Positions 29,387-38,036 of a stretch of DNA of 64,000 nucleotides are shown here, one piece after another (the stretch's first letter is position 1; each line of letters starts with the position of its first letter). This DNA is from Myxococcales bacterium (lineage in GTDB: Bacteria > Myxococcota_A > Polyangia > Polyangiales > Polyangiaceae), in contig JAYTOU010000093.1 in NCBI GenBank assembly GCA_043747615.1, positions 1 to 64,000 on the forward strand. The letters are read 5' to 3'. The notes under the pieces were generated by a model, which was given only the letters and a program-made list of their open reading frames with translations, did not search any database and had not been told where the DNA came from. Both the position numbers and the translations under genes were made by a program.

Positions 29387-30151
29387 CTAAATCTTTTCGG
29401 CGAGCACCACGAAGTCGGAGGTGAGCGAGGGGAAATTCGCGACCCAGCGATCGACGGTGCGGAGCGGCCACGGGAACCGCTCGAAGCAGGCTCCACGCAG
29501 CTTGAGAACGCGAAGCCCGTAGGCTTCGAGTATGTCGACCAGGGCGTCTTGGTTGAAGATGCGGACGTGACCGGCGGGGCGCGTCTGGTTCTTGAAGCGC
29601 TTCAGAACGCCGGAACCGATCCGACTATCAACCGTCGACGCCTCGACGAAGAGGGGCTGAATGCCAAACAAGAAGAGGGCGCGATTGTACCAAGCGCACA
29701 GGTTGGGAGTGGTCAAAAGAAGCTTTCCGCCCGGGGCAAGAACGCGAACGATTTCCTTCACGAACGCGTCGGGGTCCCAGAGGTGCTCGATGACTTCGGC
29801 GGTATAGACGATGTCGAAAAACCCGGGAGCGAAGGAGATGCCCTCGTGAAGATCGCCTTGCTTCAGCGCGAGGGATTTGTTTTTTGCGAGGGCAATTCGA
29901 TCGTGCGAAAAATCGATTCCGAAAAGGTCGAGCCCCGGCTGCACCTGACCGAGCGCGTCGAGGTAGGTGCCGTCGCCGCAGCCCAGGTCGAGGACCTTCA
30001 TGCCGCGACTGAGGAAGGGCCGCAAAAGCTTGGTTGCAAGCTCTTCACGTTCGAAGAGCTCGGTGCGCGTATCCGAAACGTCGTAGTGGTCGATTGTCTT
30101 CACGGGCGCGCTCTTGGCCGGCAACGATAGCACGGTGCCGCGGACGAACAC
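29387..30151 (-). CDS. Class I SAM-dependent methyltransferase (Methyltransf_11-like)
   Basis: VLDLGCGDG, EVIEH, LAPGG, TTPN, HVRIF; the start may be GTG 30103. Confidence 0.85.
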   Translation of the reverse strand: MFVRGTVLSLPAKSAPVKTIDHYDVSDTRTELFEREELATKLLRPFLSRGMKVLDLGCGDGTYLDALGQVQPGLDLFGIDFSHDRIALAKNKSLALKQGDLHEGISFAPGFFDIVYTAEVIEHLWDPDAFVKEIVRVLAPGGKLLLTTPNLCAWYNRALFLFGIQPLFVEASTVDSRIGSGVLKRFKNQTRPAGHVRIFNQDALVDILEAYGLRVLKLRGACFERFPWPLRTVDRWVANFPSLTSDFVVLAEKI

Positions 30152-30168
30152 GCAGGCCCAAGCAAGCG

Positions 30169-30197
30169 TTGACGCGCTCGACGAGGCTGCCTATAGA
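30169..30197 (+). promoter_or_regulatory. sigma70-type promoter of tRNA-Lys copy 2
   Basis: TTGACG-N17-TATAGA, homologous to the promoter at 19258-19287. Confidence 0.7.
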
Positions 30198-30211
30198 AGC
30201 CCTCTCACGCG

Positions 30212-30284
30212 GGGCCAATAGCTCAATTGGTAGAGCAGCGGACTCTTAATCCGTTGGCTGACAGTTCAAGTCTGTCTTGGCCCA
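30212..30284 (+). tRNA. tRNA-Lys(CUU), copy 2
   Basis: Base-for-base identical to 19298-19370. Confidence 0.96.
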
Positions 30285-30302
30285 CTTAGACACTGGTACC
30301 AG

Positions 30303-31865
30303 ATGACCGTGGCCTCTCGAGCACGATGGTCTGTCGATGCGGCATTGGCGCTCGTCGCAGTGAGCGTCGGCGCGGCGTCTCTCACGTATCCCTTTAGCCG
30401 CGATCAAGGCCTCTTCTATTACGTCGGTCGCGAATGGGCTCTGCGCGGCGCGCTCCCCTACCGCGACACGCTCGAGCAGAAGACTCCGTTCATCTACGCC
30501 CTGCACGCGCTCCTCGTGCTCCTCACCGGCGAGAACACCTGGGCGATCCGCGCCGCCGAGCTCGCGTGCGTCGTGCTGATCGGTTTTTTCGCCGCCGAAG
30601 CTGCCCGCGGGTCGCGCGTCACCCCTCGGGAGCCAGGCGCGATCGGCGCGGCGATGCTCGGAGTGAGCGCTTGCTACTACGGATACTTTTCGTTCGAGGA
30701 CACCGCGAACTGCGAGCTGTGGTGTGTTCTCTTCATCCTCGGAAGCATGGTCGCCGTCTCCCGGTGTCAGCGCGACGTTGGCGCCTTCGCGCTCGGAGGC
30801 GTGCTCTTCGGTCTGGCCATCCTAGGAAAGCCGCCGAGCGTGTGCTTCGCGCCGTTCGTCCTCTACCGCATCATCGAACGGGTGCGCTCGGGGGGAGGAG
30901 CACGCGTCCACGTAGCAAAGGGGCTCGGCATCTTCGCTGCATCGCTCGCGCTCGTAGGCGGTCTCGTCGTCGCGTACTTCGCCGTGCGCGGGGGGCTCGA
31001 CGCGATGATCGACGTAATTTTCCGGGCGAACGCCTATTGCACCGCGCGCGAGCATCTCCCCTATGCGCAGATCGTCCACTCCATCAGCGTTCGCATCGGC
31101 TGGTTCTTACCCGTCGCGCACGTCGTCGTCGTCGTCTGCGCGGGGGCGATCATCCGTGGATGGCGCCAGCGAGATCCGGCTCTCGTGAAGCGCTACGGCC
31201 GCGTCGCTCTCCTGGTCATCGCAGCGTTCGCGTCGGTCGTCATGCAGCTGAAGTTTCATCCCTACCACTACGCAATGATGCTCGTCGGCCTCGGCATCTT
31301 CTGCGCGACACTCTACGAAGATCTGGCCATCTCTTTCCGCTCCGTCGCGGCGAGGCGCACGCTTCCTGTTGTGTATGCCGGAGCGCTACTCGCGATCATC
31401 GCCCTGATGGTTCCTCCGGACGTGTGGCGCGATCACGTGGTCAACGCAGTCCGCTACGGAGCCGAGGGTCGAAGCCTTCAGGAGCTCCACGCCACGTTCA
31501 CATCGAACGCGACGCACGTCGACGTCGCCGGCTCGGAGAACGCGGGCTCGTGGATCTTGGCGCACTCCGACTCTACCGACACCATCGTCGTCCGCGGATA
31601 CGAGCCCCAAATCTACGCAAGCGCCCAGCGCCACTACGCGGGCCGCTTCTTCTGGAGCCCCTGGCTCACCATGCCGAGCCGCGAATACAAGCGCGCCGAA
31701 TGGCTCGCAGCGGATCTCGACGCGCTCGGCCGCTCGTCACCACGATTCGCCGTTGCGTACGACGCCGCGCTTCCGGAGCTCGACTCCGCGGCGTGGTTCG
31801 AGGCCCACGGCTACCGTCGTCGAGCGACGTTCGGTCTCTTCGTGGTCCTTGAGCGTGGTCCTTGA
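30303..31865 (+). CDS. GT-C (ArnT/PMT-like) membrane glycosyltransferase
   Basis: RDQGLFYYVG, PYRDTLEQKTP, LGKP, YHY; about 11 TMs plus a soluble C-terminal domain. Confidence 0.75.
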   Translation: MTVASRARWSVDAALALVAVSVGAASLTYPFSRDQGLFYYVGREWALRGALPYRDTLEQKTPFIYALHALLVLLTGENTWAIRAAELACVVLIGFFAAEAARGSRVTPREPGAIGAAMLGVSACYYGYFSFEDTANCELWCVLFILGSMVAVSRCQRDVGAFALGGVLFGLAILGKPPSVCFAPFVLYRIIERVRSGGGARVHVAKGLGIFAASLALVGGLVVAYFAVRGGLDAMIDVIFRANAYCTAREHLPYAQIVHSISVRIGWFLPVAHVVVVVCAGAIIRGWRQRDPALVKRYGRVALLVIAAFASVVMQLKFHPYHYAMMLVGLGIFCATLYEDLAISFRSVAARRTLPVVYAGALLAIIALMVPPDVWRDHVVNAVRYGAEGRSLQELHATFTSNATHVDVAGSENAGSWILAHSDSTDTIVVRGYEPQIYASAQRHYAGRFFWSPWLTMPSREYKRAEWLAADLDALGRSSPRFAVAYDAALPELDSAAWFEAHGYRRRATFGLFVVLERGP

Positions 31866-31921
31866 GCGAGGGCCTTAGCTCAACTCGATTCGTCCCGCGA
31901 AAACTCGACGGGGTAAGGCTA

Positions 31922-31950
31922 AAGACTGGTGCCGGTGAGACACCAGTCTT
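31922..31950 (-). terminator. Hairpin downstream of the HU gene
   Basis: Perfect 10-bp inverted repeat AAGACTGGTG-N9-CACCAGTCTT, 7 nt after the HU stop. Confidence 0.6.
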
Positions 31951-31957
31951 CGAGCGT

Positions 31958-32293
31958 TCAGCCGACCGCGTCCTTGACGGCCTTGACCGGACGAGCGCGA
32001 ACACCCTTGCTGGCGGGCTTGGCGGCGAACTTCTGCTTCTCTTTGGTGAAGGGGTTGATGCCTTCACGTGCCGGACGCGCCGGCTTCTTGACGACGACGA
32101 ACTTCGCGAAGCCGGGGAGAACGAAGACCCCAGACTTCTTGAGCTCGCGATGACCAACCGTCACGAGGGTCTCGACGACCATCTTGACGTGCTTCCGCGA
32201 AATTTCCTCGCCGATCGCGTCCGCGACCGCTTGAAGGATTGCGCTCTTCGAGAGCGGCTTGTTGCTCGACTTCTTCTTTTCAGTCTTCGCCAT
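31958..32293 (-). CDS. HU-family DNA-binding protein
   Basis: LSKSAILQAVA, LPGFAKF, PAREGINPFTKE, AKPASK; GGAGG RBS. Confidence 0.92.
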   Translation of the reverse strand: MAKTEKKKSSNKPLSKSAILQAVADAIGEEISRKHVKMVVETLVTVGHRELKKSGVFVLPGFAKFVVVKKPARPAREGINPFTKEKQKFAAKPASKGVRARPVKAVKDAVG

Positions 32294-32387
32294 GTTCAAA
32301 CCTCCAGAGATTTCTCAACGGGGGGAGTTACGTGCGTTACGGGCCGTATGGCAATCGAAAATGGCTTCGGGGACAGTCTTTTTGGCG

Positions 32388-33473
32388 TTAAGGGTCCAGT
32401 CCACTGTGGATCCCATACTTTCTGGATCTCCATACGCCCAGGCCTTCGTCGAGGACGGTGACCTTGGTGAACCCCTTGGCGACGAGCTTTTGCGCGAGCG
32501 ACCCGGACTCCGCGTGGGGGCAGCCGCAATAGCAAACGAGCCACGTATTCCGGGGAAGCGCATCCACATATGGCTCTGGATCGTAAAAGGGCACGCTCAC
32601 GGCGCCGGAGATGTGCTCGTTTGTGTAGTCGGAGGGGGCGCGCGCATCGAGGAGCGCCATCCGCGCACCGCGGTCGAGCTGCGACTTGATCACGTCGGCG
32701 GGCGTCAGGAGCGGAGTTGCGCGGAAGCCAACGGGCTCCGGGCCTCGCGGGTTGAGAGGCACCGGGCCGAGCGGAAGAGGCGGCGGACGGGTCGGCGCCT
32801 TCACCACGAAGACAGGGGATTTCCAGCTCCGCAGCGCAGCGAGGACGTCTTCGATCTCGCCGTCGCCGAGGGTGCCTTGGTAGCTCGCCATTGCGGTCGC
32901 GGATCGTCCGCCGCGGATCGCGTGGCGCAAGAAGCCATCGCTCGCCGTCGACAGAAGCTGCGCGTTGCCGATGTTGACGTTTGGACCGCCAGTGCCTCGC
33001 ACGCCATGACAGCGCACGCATTCGCGCGCAAAGATCGCGGTGCCTGCGGAGGCGTTGCCCGCCGATGGACGTTCATCGAGCGCGGGGTGCTCGCGCCTGT
33101 CCCAGGTGCGAAGAAAGGCGATGGTGGCGGTGACGTCGTCTGGTTCGAGCGGACCGCCGCGTTCCTTCGCCCACGCCGACATGGTCGTGCCGCCGCGACC
33201 GTTCGCGATCGCGCTCCGAAGAAACTGGTCGGTCACCGACGCCAGAAAATCGCGGTGGGCGAGCGCTGGTGCCTGATCGGCCTTGTATCCCTCGCCGCCC
33301 GCTCCGTGGCAGACGGCGCACATGCGGCCATAGATCTCTCGGCCGTGCTCCTGCGATGCGGTGAGCTCGATGGGGCTGCACTCAAGCTCGCCGCTGACGA
33401 CGACCAGCGCAACGATGGTGAAGGCGACGAGCGGACGGCGCATCAGAAGCAACGCTAGCTCACCCCGCGTCAT
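32388..33473 (-). CDS. Diheme c-type cytochrome fused to a C-terminal rhodanese domain
   Basis: CAVCH and CVRCH with downstream Met ligands, then LLDARAPSDY..EHISGA and CYCGCPH. ATGA coupling at 33470-33473. Confidence 0.85.
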   Translation of the reverse strand: MTRGELALLLMRRPLVAFTIVALVVVSGELECSPIELTASQEHGREIYGRMCAVCHGAGGEGYKADQAPALAHRDFLASVTDQFLRSAIANGRGGTTMSAWAKERGGPLEPDDVTATIAFLRTWDRREHPALDERPSAGNASAGTAIFARECVRCHGVRGTGGPNVNIGNAQLLSTASDGFLRHAIRGGRSATAMASYQGTLGDGEIEDVLAALRSWKSPVFVVKAPTRPPPLPLGPVPLNPRGPEPVGFRATPLLTPADVIKSQLDRGARMALLDARAPSDYTNEHISGAVSVPFYDPEPYVDALPRNTWLVCYCGCPHAESGSLAQKLVAKGFTKVTVLDEGLGVWRSRKYGIHSGLDP

Positions 33474-35380
33474 CGGCCCACACTCGGAAACGCCAGGCTC
33501 GCAGCGTCCATCATCGTGCCGCACGTGGTGCCGGTGAGCGGTGTCCCTTGGCGCGGATCGCTTGCCATGTCGAAGCACGTCCAGCGGTTGGTCGCGGAGC
33601 CTACGAGCAGTCGATCGCCGCGCATCACGCCGTACTTCGGTTCGTCGGCTTCCCACACGCCCGAGGACGTTGAGAGGATTACGGTGGGCTCCTCCGGGTC
33701 CGCGGGACGCACGAGCGAGCGGCCGTGAACGAGCGACGCGAAGGGGAAGGTGTCACGCACTGCGAAGACGCCGAGAAGATCGATCACCGTGGCCTGCACG
33801 TCTTGCGAGTACGTGCGACGACCAGCAAATGTGCGGAGCGCCGAACGTTGCGCGGCGTCGAGAGCACGTGGCCCCGCGACGAGCCACCCCGGAACGGCCA
33901 CCTCTTCATCGTAGAGGGAATGAATGTGATAGAGCCCGCCGCGCTCCCGAAACTGCTCACCGTGATCGGAGAGAAAAATCACCGCCGTGTCTTCCCAGCT
34001 CGGAAGCGCCCGCAGCTCGCGCAAGAACGCGGCGAGGGTGCGCTCCTGCATGCGTACGCTGTTCAAGTAGTGATTGTGAAAGTATCCGGACTCGCCGAGC
34101 GGATCGTTCGAGTGCGGCGAATAGGGCTGGAGCCCCGGGTCGATGCGGTACGGCGCGTGGGTGTTCGAGAAGTGGAGCACGGCAAAATACGGAGTTTCCG
34201 CGGGAACGCTGCGGGCGAACTCGAGCATGCGGGCCGTAGCGCGTTCGTCGGGAGCGCCGATCTGCGCGTCTTTCGTGTCTCCGAGCTCCATCGCGCTCAC
34301 CTTGAGATCGATGCCGGCGCGCTGCACAAACGCCCCGAAGTCGTCGTAGCGAAGATTCTGCGAGGTGACGTACGCGGTGCGGTAGCCGACAGAGTGAGCA
34401 ACCTCCCAGAGAACCGGCGCGGAGTGCGCGGTCACGAAATCCACGTTCGGCGGGAGGCCCGTCCAGAGGAGCATGCACGCGCTGAACGTTCCCGGTGACT
34501 GGGTGGTCAGCTTGCCGAGAGAAATGCGATCGGGGACGACCTCGTCGAGGAAGGGCGCCTTGCAGGCGGGCGGAGGGTCGGAGCACATGGCGTCGGCGCG
34601 AACGCTCTCGGTAATGATGACCACCACGTTCGGACGATGCGACGGTGGCGCGATCGGCGGAAGCGACGCGGGAGTGCGGAGAGAGATCCCTCTACGCACC
34701 CAACCCTTGCCCGTCACGGCGTCGCGAAGGGCGTGCACGACGCCGTGAATGAAGCACGTGTCGGGCGGCGCAGCCTGGAGGGAGCGGCTCTCGACGAAGT
34801 CGATCCAGAAGCAGAAGGCAGCTCCGAAAAAGGCGAGCACGGGCACGATCGGGATCACCTTCGCGACCGACGGAGCCGCCCTCCTGACGAGGACGACGAT
34901 CCCGAGCGTGACCGCGACGCCCGCGACGATCATGGCCACGAAGACGGACGCGCCACCCCACGCGAGGAGCCAGTCCTTCAGCGTGCCCCGAAGAGCGATG
35001 CCGAGGCGCACCGTGTCTCGCGCCATGTAGGCCTGAAAAACGCGGTGGTACAGGGCCTGTGCGCCGTAACAAGAGATCGCGAGCGGCAGCACCCATAGGC
35101 CGAAGAAGAGGCCGAGGCCCAAGCGAGCTGCGAGCCGCGCGCGGCCGCTGTCGAATAGAAAGAGGCGTGAGACCAGCCACAGCGGACCGCCCCAGAACCC
35201 GGCGCTGGCGAGCGACGATCCCACGTAGTTCACGACGTCGAGCGGACTGTAGGCCGCGATGGCTCCGCCTCGGATGAAGAGGTCCATGACGATCGCGAGG
35301 AGCGTTGGCGAGACGAAGAGGAAGAGCATCCGCGGGCGGTCGCCTAGAAGCGCGCGCATCACCCGCCGCATCCGGTTCAT
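33470..35380 (-). CDS. Membrane-anchored alkaline-phosphatase-superfamily enzyme (LtaS/EptA-like)
   Basis: About 5 N-terminal TMs, PNVVVIITESVRAD, SPGT (Thr nucleophile, no CxPxR), NTHAPY, SDHGE. Confidence 0.8.
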   Translation of the reverse strand: MNRMRRVMRALLGDRPRMLFLFVSPTLLAIVMDLFIRGGAIAAYSPLDVVNYVGSSLASAGFWGGPLWLVSRLFLFDSGRARLAARLGLGLFFGLWVLPLAISCYGAQALYHRVFQAYMARDTVRLGIALRGTLKDWLLAWGGASVFVAMIVAGVAVTLGIVVLVRRAAPSVAKVIPIVPVLAFFGAAFCFWIDFVESRSLQAAPPDTCFIHGVVHALRDAVTGKGWVRRGISLRTPASLPPIAPPSHRPNVVVIITESVRADAMCSDPPPACKAPFLDEVVPDRISLGKLTTQSPGTFSACMLLWTGLPPNVDFVTAHSAPVLWEVAHSVGYRTAYVTSQNLRYDDFGAFVQRAGIDLKVSAMELGDTKDAQIGAPDERATARMLEFARSVPAETPYFAVLHFSNTHAPYRIDPGLQPYSPHSNDPLGESGYFHNHYLNSVRMQERTLAAFLRELRALPSWEDTAVIFLSDHGEQFRERGGLYHIHSLYDEEVAVPGWLVAGPRALDAAQRSALRTFAGRRTYSQDVQATVIDLLGVFAVRDTFPFASLVHGRSLVRPADPEEPTVILSTSSGVWEADEPKYGVMRGDRLLVGSATNRWTCFDMASDPRQGTPLTGTTCGTMMDAASLAFPSVGR

Positions 35381-37146
35381 CTCGGTACCTTGACCGTGAA
35401 CGTGGCCCCCGCGCCGCCAGCACTCTCGACGGTGACGAGACCGCCCATCGCCTCGACGAGGTGCTTGACGATGGAGAGCCCCAGCCCTGTGCCTCCGACC
35501 TCGCGTGAGCGCCCGGCGTCGACGCGATAGAACCGCTCGAACAGGCGGGGAATATGCTTTGCATCGATCCCCGGTCCGTTGTCTCTGACGTCCATGCGGA
35601 CCGTATGCTCGTCGCTGGTCACGGACACGGCGATCGCTGCGCCGGCCGGGCAGTATTTCACGGCGTTGTCGATCAGGTTGGAGAGAACTTGCTCGATCGC
35701 CCGCGAGTCGCCGAGAAAGGGTTGCGGGTCTTTATCGATCTTGGCGGAGAGAGTGACTTTCTTTCTTTCGGCACGCTCGAGGAAGAGGGCGACCACGTTC
35801 GCCACCACCTCGGGGATGTCGACCCTCTCTTTGCGGAGCTGGAATTGATTCGACTCCATGCGCGAGAGGTCCAGGAGATCCTCGATGAGGGCCTGCAGCC
35901 GGTCCGAGTTGCGCTCGATGATTTCGACGAAGCGTTGCGCAGCCTTCGGATCTGGATCGCGGAGGGCCGTGTCACGAAGGGTTTCCGCAGCCGACTTTAC
36001 GGCCATGACGGGCGTTCGCAGCTCATGAGAGACGTTGGCCACGAAGTCGCGGCGCATGGATTCGAGGCGCCTCAGGTCCGTCACGTCGACGAACACCGCG
36101 ACCACTCCGTCCTCCGGTCCGGAGAGCGCGCTGGCGTGGGTGAGCAGCCGGCGCGGCTTGATCCCGGGTAGGTCGATCTCTCCGCGGACCGTCGTCCGAG
36201 CGTTCGTCGCACGCTTGACGAGCGCGTGCAGCTCGGCGTGACGCACGACCTCGATGAGGAGCTTGCCGATCGCCGACGTCCCCGCGCGGAGCATGTCACG
36301 GAGCGCGCGGTTCATCAGGACCACCTGCCCCTCGCGGTCGAGGACGAGCACTCCCTCTTCCATCCCATCCAGAATGTTCGCCTGGAGATCGCGCTCCGTC
36401 CTGAGCTCGTTCAACGTCTGGGAGAGGCTTCCCGCAAGCTGATCGAGCGCCCTGCCCAGCTGTCCAAGCTCGTCGATTCCGGCGACGCGAGTGCGCGCGG
36501 AGAGATCGCCGGCGGTCATTTTTCGGGCTGCGTCCGTGAGTTGCGAGACGCCGCGCGACATCCACTGCGCCGCAAACGTCGACATGAGGCCGGACAGGAT
36601 CAGCGCGACGAAGAAGGCCACGACGACGAGCGCCTGAGCGCGACCGACCGCCTCGTCCACGCGGATGAGGGGCTCTGCGACGCGAGCTACACCCGCCGCT
36701 ACTCCCCGCTGCGAGAAGCGAACGGCCACGTACATCATGTGCTCGTGGATGGTGCTGCTCAAGCGGCTCCCCACGCCGTGGCCCTGGGTGAGGGCAGCGA
36801 GCACCTCGGCGCGCGTCCCGTGATTTTCGAGACTGGAGAGGGCGGCGGTCTCGACGTTGGAGTCACCGATCACGACGCCGTCTTGGCGGATCAACGTGAC
36901 GCGCACCTCCGAGACGCGACCGAGCCTGTCCGCAACCGCGTCCCATGCCGTGAGATCCGTCACCGGCGCGGTGGTCACGCTGGCCTCGTCGGCGACGAGG
37001 CGGGCGCGGATGAGTAGATCGTCTTGGATGCTCTGGGTGAGCTCGGTCCGGATGGCGCGCGTGAGGTAGAGATCGGTCGCTGCCAAAGACACGACGATCA
37101 AGCCGAAAGAGACGATGAAGAGCTGGAAGCGAACACTAAGTTTCAT
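35377..37146 (-). CDS. PhoR-like sensor histidine kinase (TM-HAMP-PAS-HisKA-HATPase)
   Basis: RRDFVANVSHELRTP, NLIDNAVKY, FERFYRVDAGRSREVGGTGLGLSIVKH. Confidence 0.92.
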   Translation of the reverse strand: MKLSVRFQLFIVSFGLIVVSLAATDLYLTRAIRTELTQSIQDDLLIRARLVADEASVTTAPVTDLTAWDAVADRLGRVSEVRVTLIRQDGVVIGDSNVETAALSSLENHGTRAEVLAALTQGHGVGSRLSSTIHEHMMYVAVRFSQRGVAAGVARVAEPLIRVDEAVGRAQALVVVAFFVALILSGLMSTFAAQWMSRGVSQLTDAARKMTAGDLSARTRVAGIDELGQLGRALDQLAGSLSQTLNELRTERDLQANILDGMEEGVLVLDREGQVVLMNRALRDMLRAGTSAIGKLLIEVVRHAELHALVKRATNARTTVRGEIDLPGIKPRRLLTHASALSGPEDGVVAVFVDVTDLRRLESMRRDFVANVSHELRTPVMAVKSAAETLRDTALRDPDPKAAQRFVEIIERNSDRLQALIEDLLDLSRMESNQFQLRKERVDIPEVVANVVALFLERAERKKVTLSAKIDKDPQPFLGDSRAIEQVLSNLIDNAVKYCPAGAAIAVSVTSDEHTVRMDVRDNGPGIDAKHIPRLFERFYRVDAGRSREVGGTGLGLSIVKHLVEAMGGLVTVESAGGAGATFTVKVPR

Positions 37147-37179
37147 CTTCGATGGACCTCTTCGACGCGCGCACGAGCG

Positions 37180-37881
37180 TCAACGCGACGCGGGCTCATC
37201 CGGCGTGTCGCTGAATCGGTAGCCCACGCCGCGAACGGTCTCGACGTAGAGCGCGGCGCTCCCCAGCTTTTCGCGAAGCCGCTTCACGTGCGTGTCGACG
37301 GTGCGGGTGGTCACGTCGGCCTCGATGCCCCACACGTCCGAGAGAAGCACCTCGCGCGTCTGCACGCGGTTCTGCCGGTCGAAGAGGGTGATGAGCAACT
37401 TGAACTCGAGAACGGTGAGCTCGATTTCCTCTTCGCCGCTCCACACGCGGTGCGCTTCGCGGTCGATGCGGAGCGATCCAAAGACGATCATCGTTGCCCC
37501 TTCTACTCCGGGGACGCGGCGCCTCAGCACCGACTGCATGCGAAGGAGCAGCTCACGCATGCTGAACGGTTTCACCACGTAGTCGTCGGCGCCGAGCTCG
37601 AAGCCCACCACGCGATCGATCTCTTCGCCCTTGGCGGTGATCATCACCACGTTGACGTGCTGGGTCTTTGGATCCTTGCGAAGGGCCTTGCACACCTCGG
37701 TGCCCGAAATGTCGGGGAGCATGAGATCAAGCAGCACGATCTCCGGCGCCTCGGCCCGGGCGAGCCTCAGACCTTCGTGGCCCGTGGACGCGACGCGCAC
37801 TTCGTGTCCAGCCTGACCGAGGTTGTACCGAAGAATCTCCTGCAAATCGGCTTCATCTTCGATCACGAGCACACGTGCCAT
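37180..37881 (-). CDS. PhoB/OmpR-family response regulator
   Basis: IEDE, LDLMLP, TAKGEEIDRVVGFELGADDY..KPF, TRTVDTHVKRLREKL, TVRGVGY. Confidence 0.93.
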   Translation of the reverse strand: MARVLVIEDEADLQEILRYNLGQAGHEVRVASTGHEGLRLARAEAPEIVLLDLMLPDISGTEVCKALRKDPKTQHVNVVMITAKGEEIDRVVGFELGADDYVVKPFSMRELLLRMQSVLRRRVPGVEGATMIVFGSLRIDREAHRVWSGEEEIELTVLEFKLLITLFDRQNRVQTREVLLSDVWGIEADVTTRTVDTHVKRLREKLGSAALYVETVRGVGYRFSDTPDEPASR

Positions 37882-38036
37882 GACTGCCCTCTACCGCGGT
37901 ATCGAGGCAACACTGTGACAAACCGATGTCAACTTGACCCTTTTTGCGAGGTCGTGGCGAGTTGTTGCACCCAATTTACGGCCGAGCCGCCGAAACGACA
38001 CATGCATCGTTGATCCTCTTTGCTCAGGAGACATCG

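Noticed and set aside
19371..30168. Prophage or ICE integrated at tRNA-Lys
   Set aside because: No integrase, phage or conjugation genes are present, and the duplication covers the whole tRNA plus promoter, unlike an att core.
33470..35380. Classical formylglycine-dependent sulfatase
   Set aside because: It lacks C/S-x-P-x-R. The Thr at the nucleophile position and N-terminal TMs fit LtaS/EptA-type enzymes.
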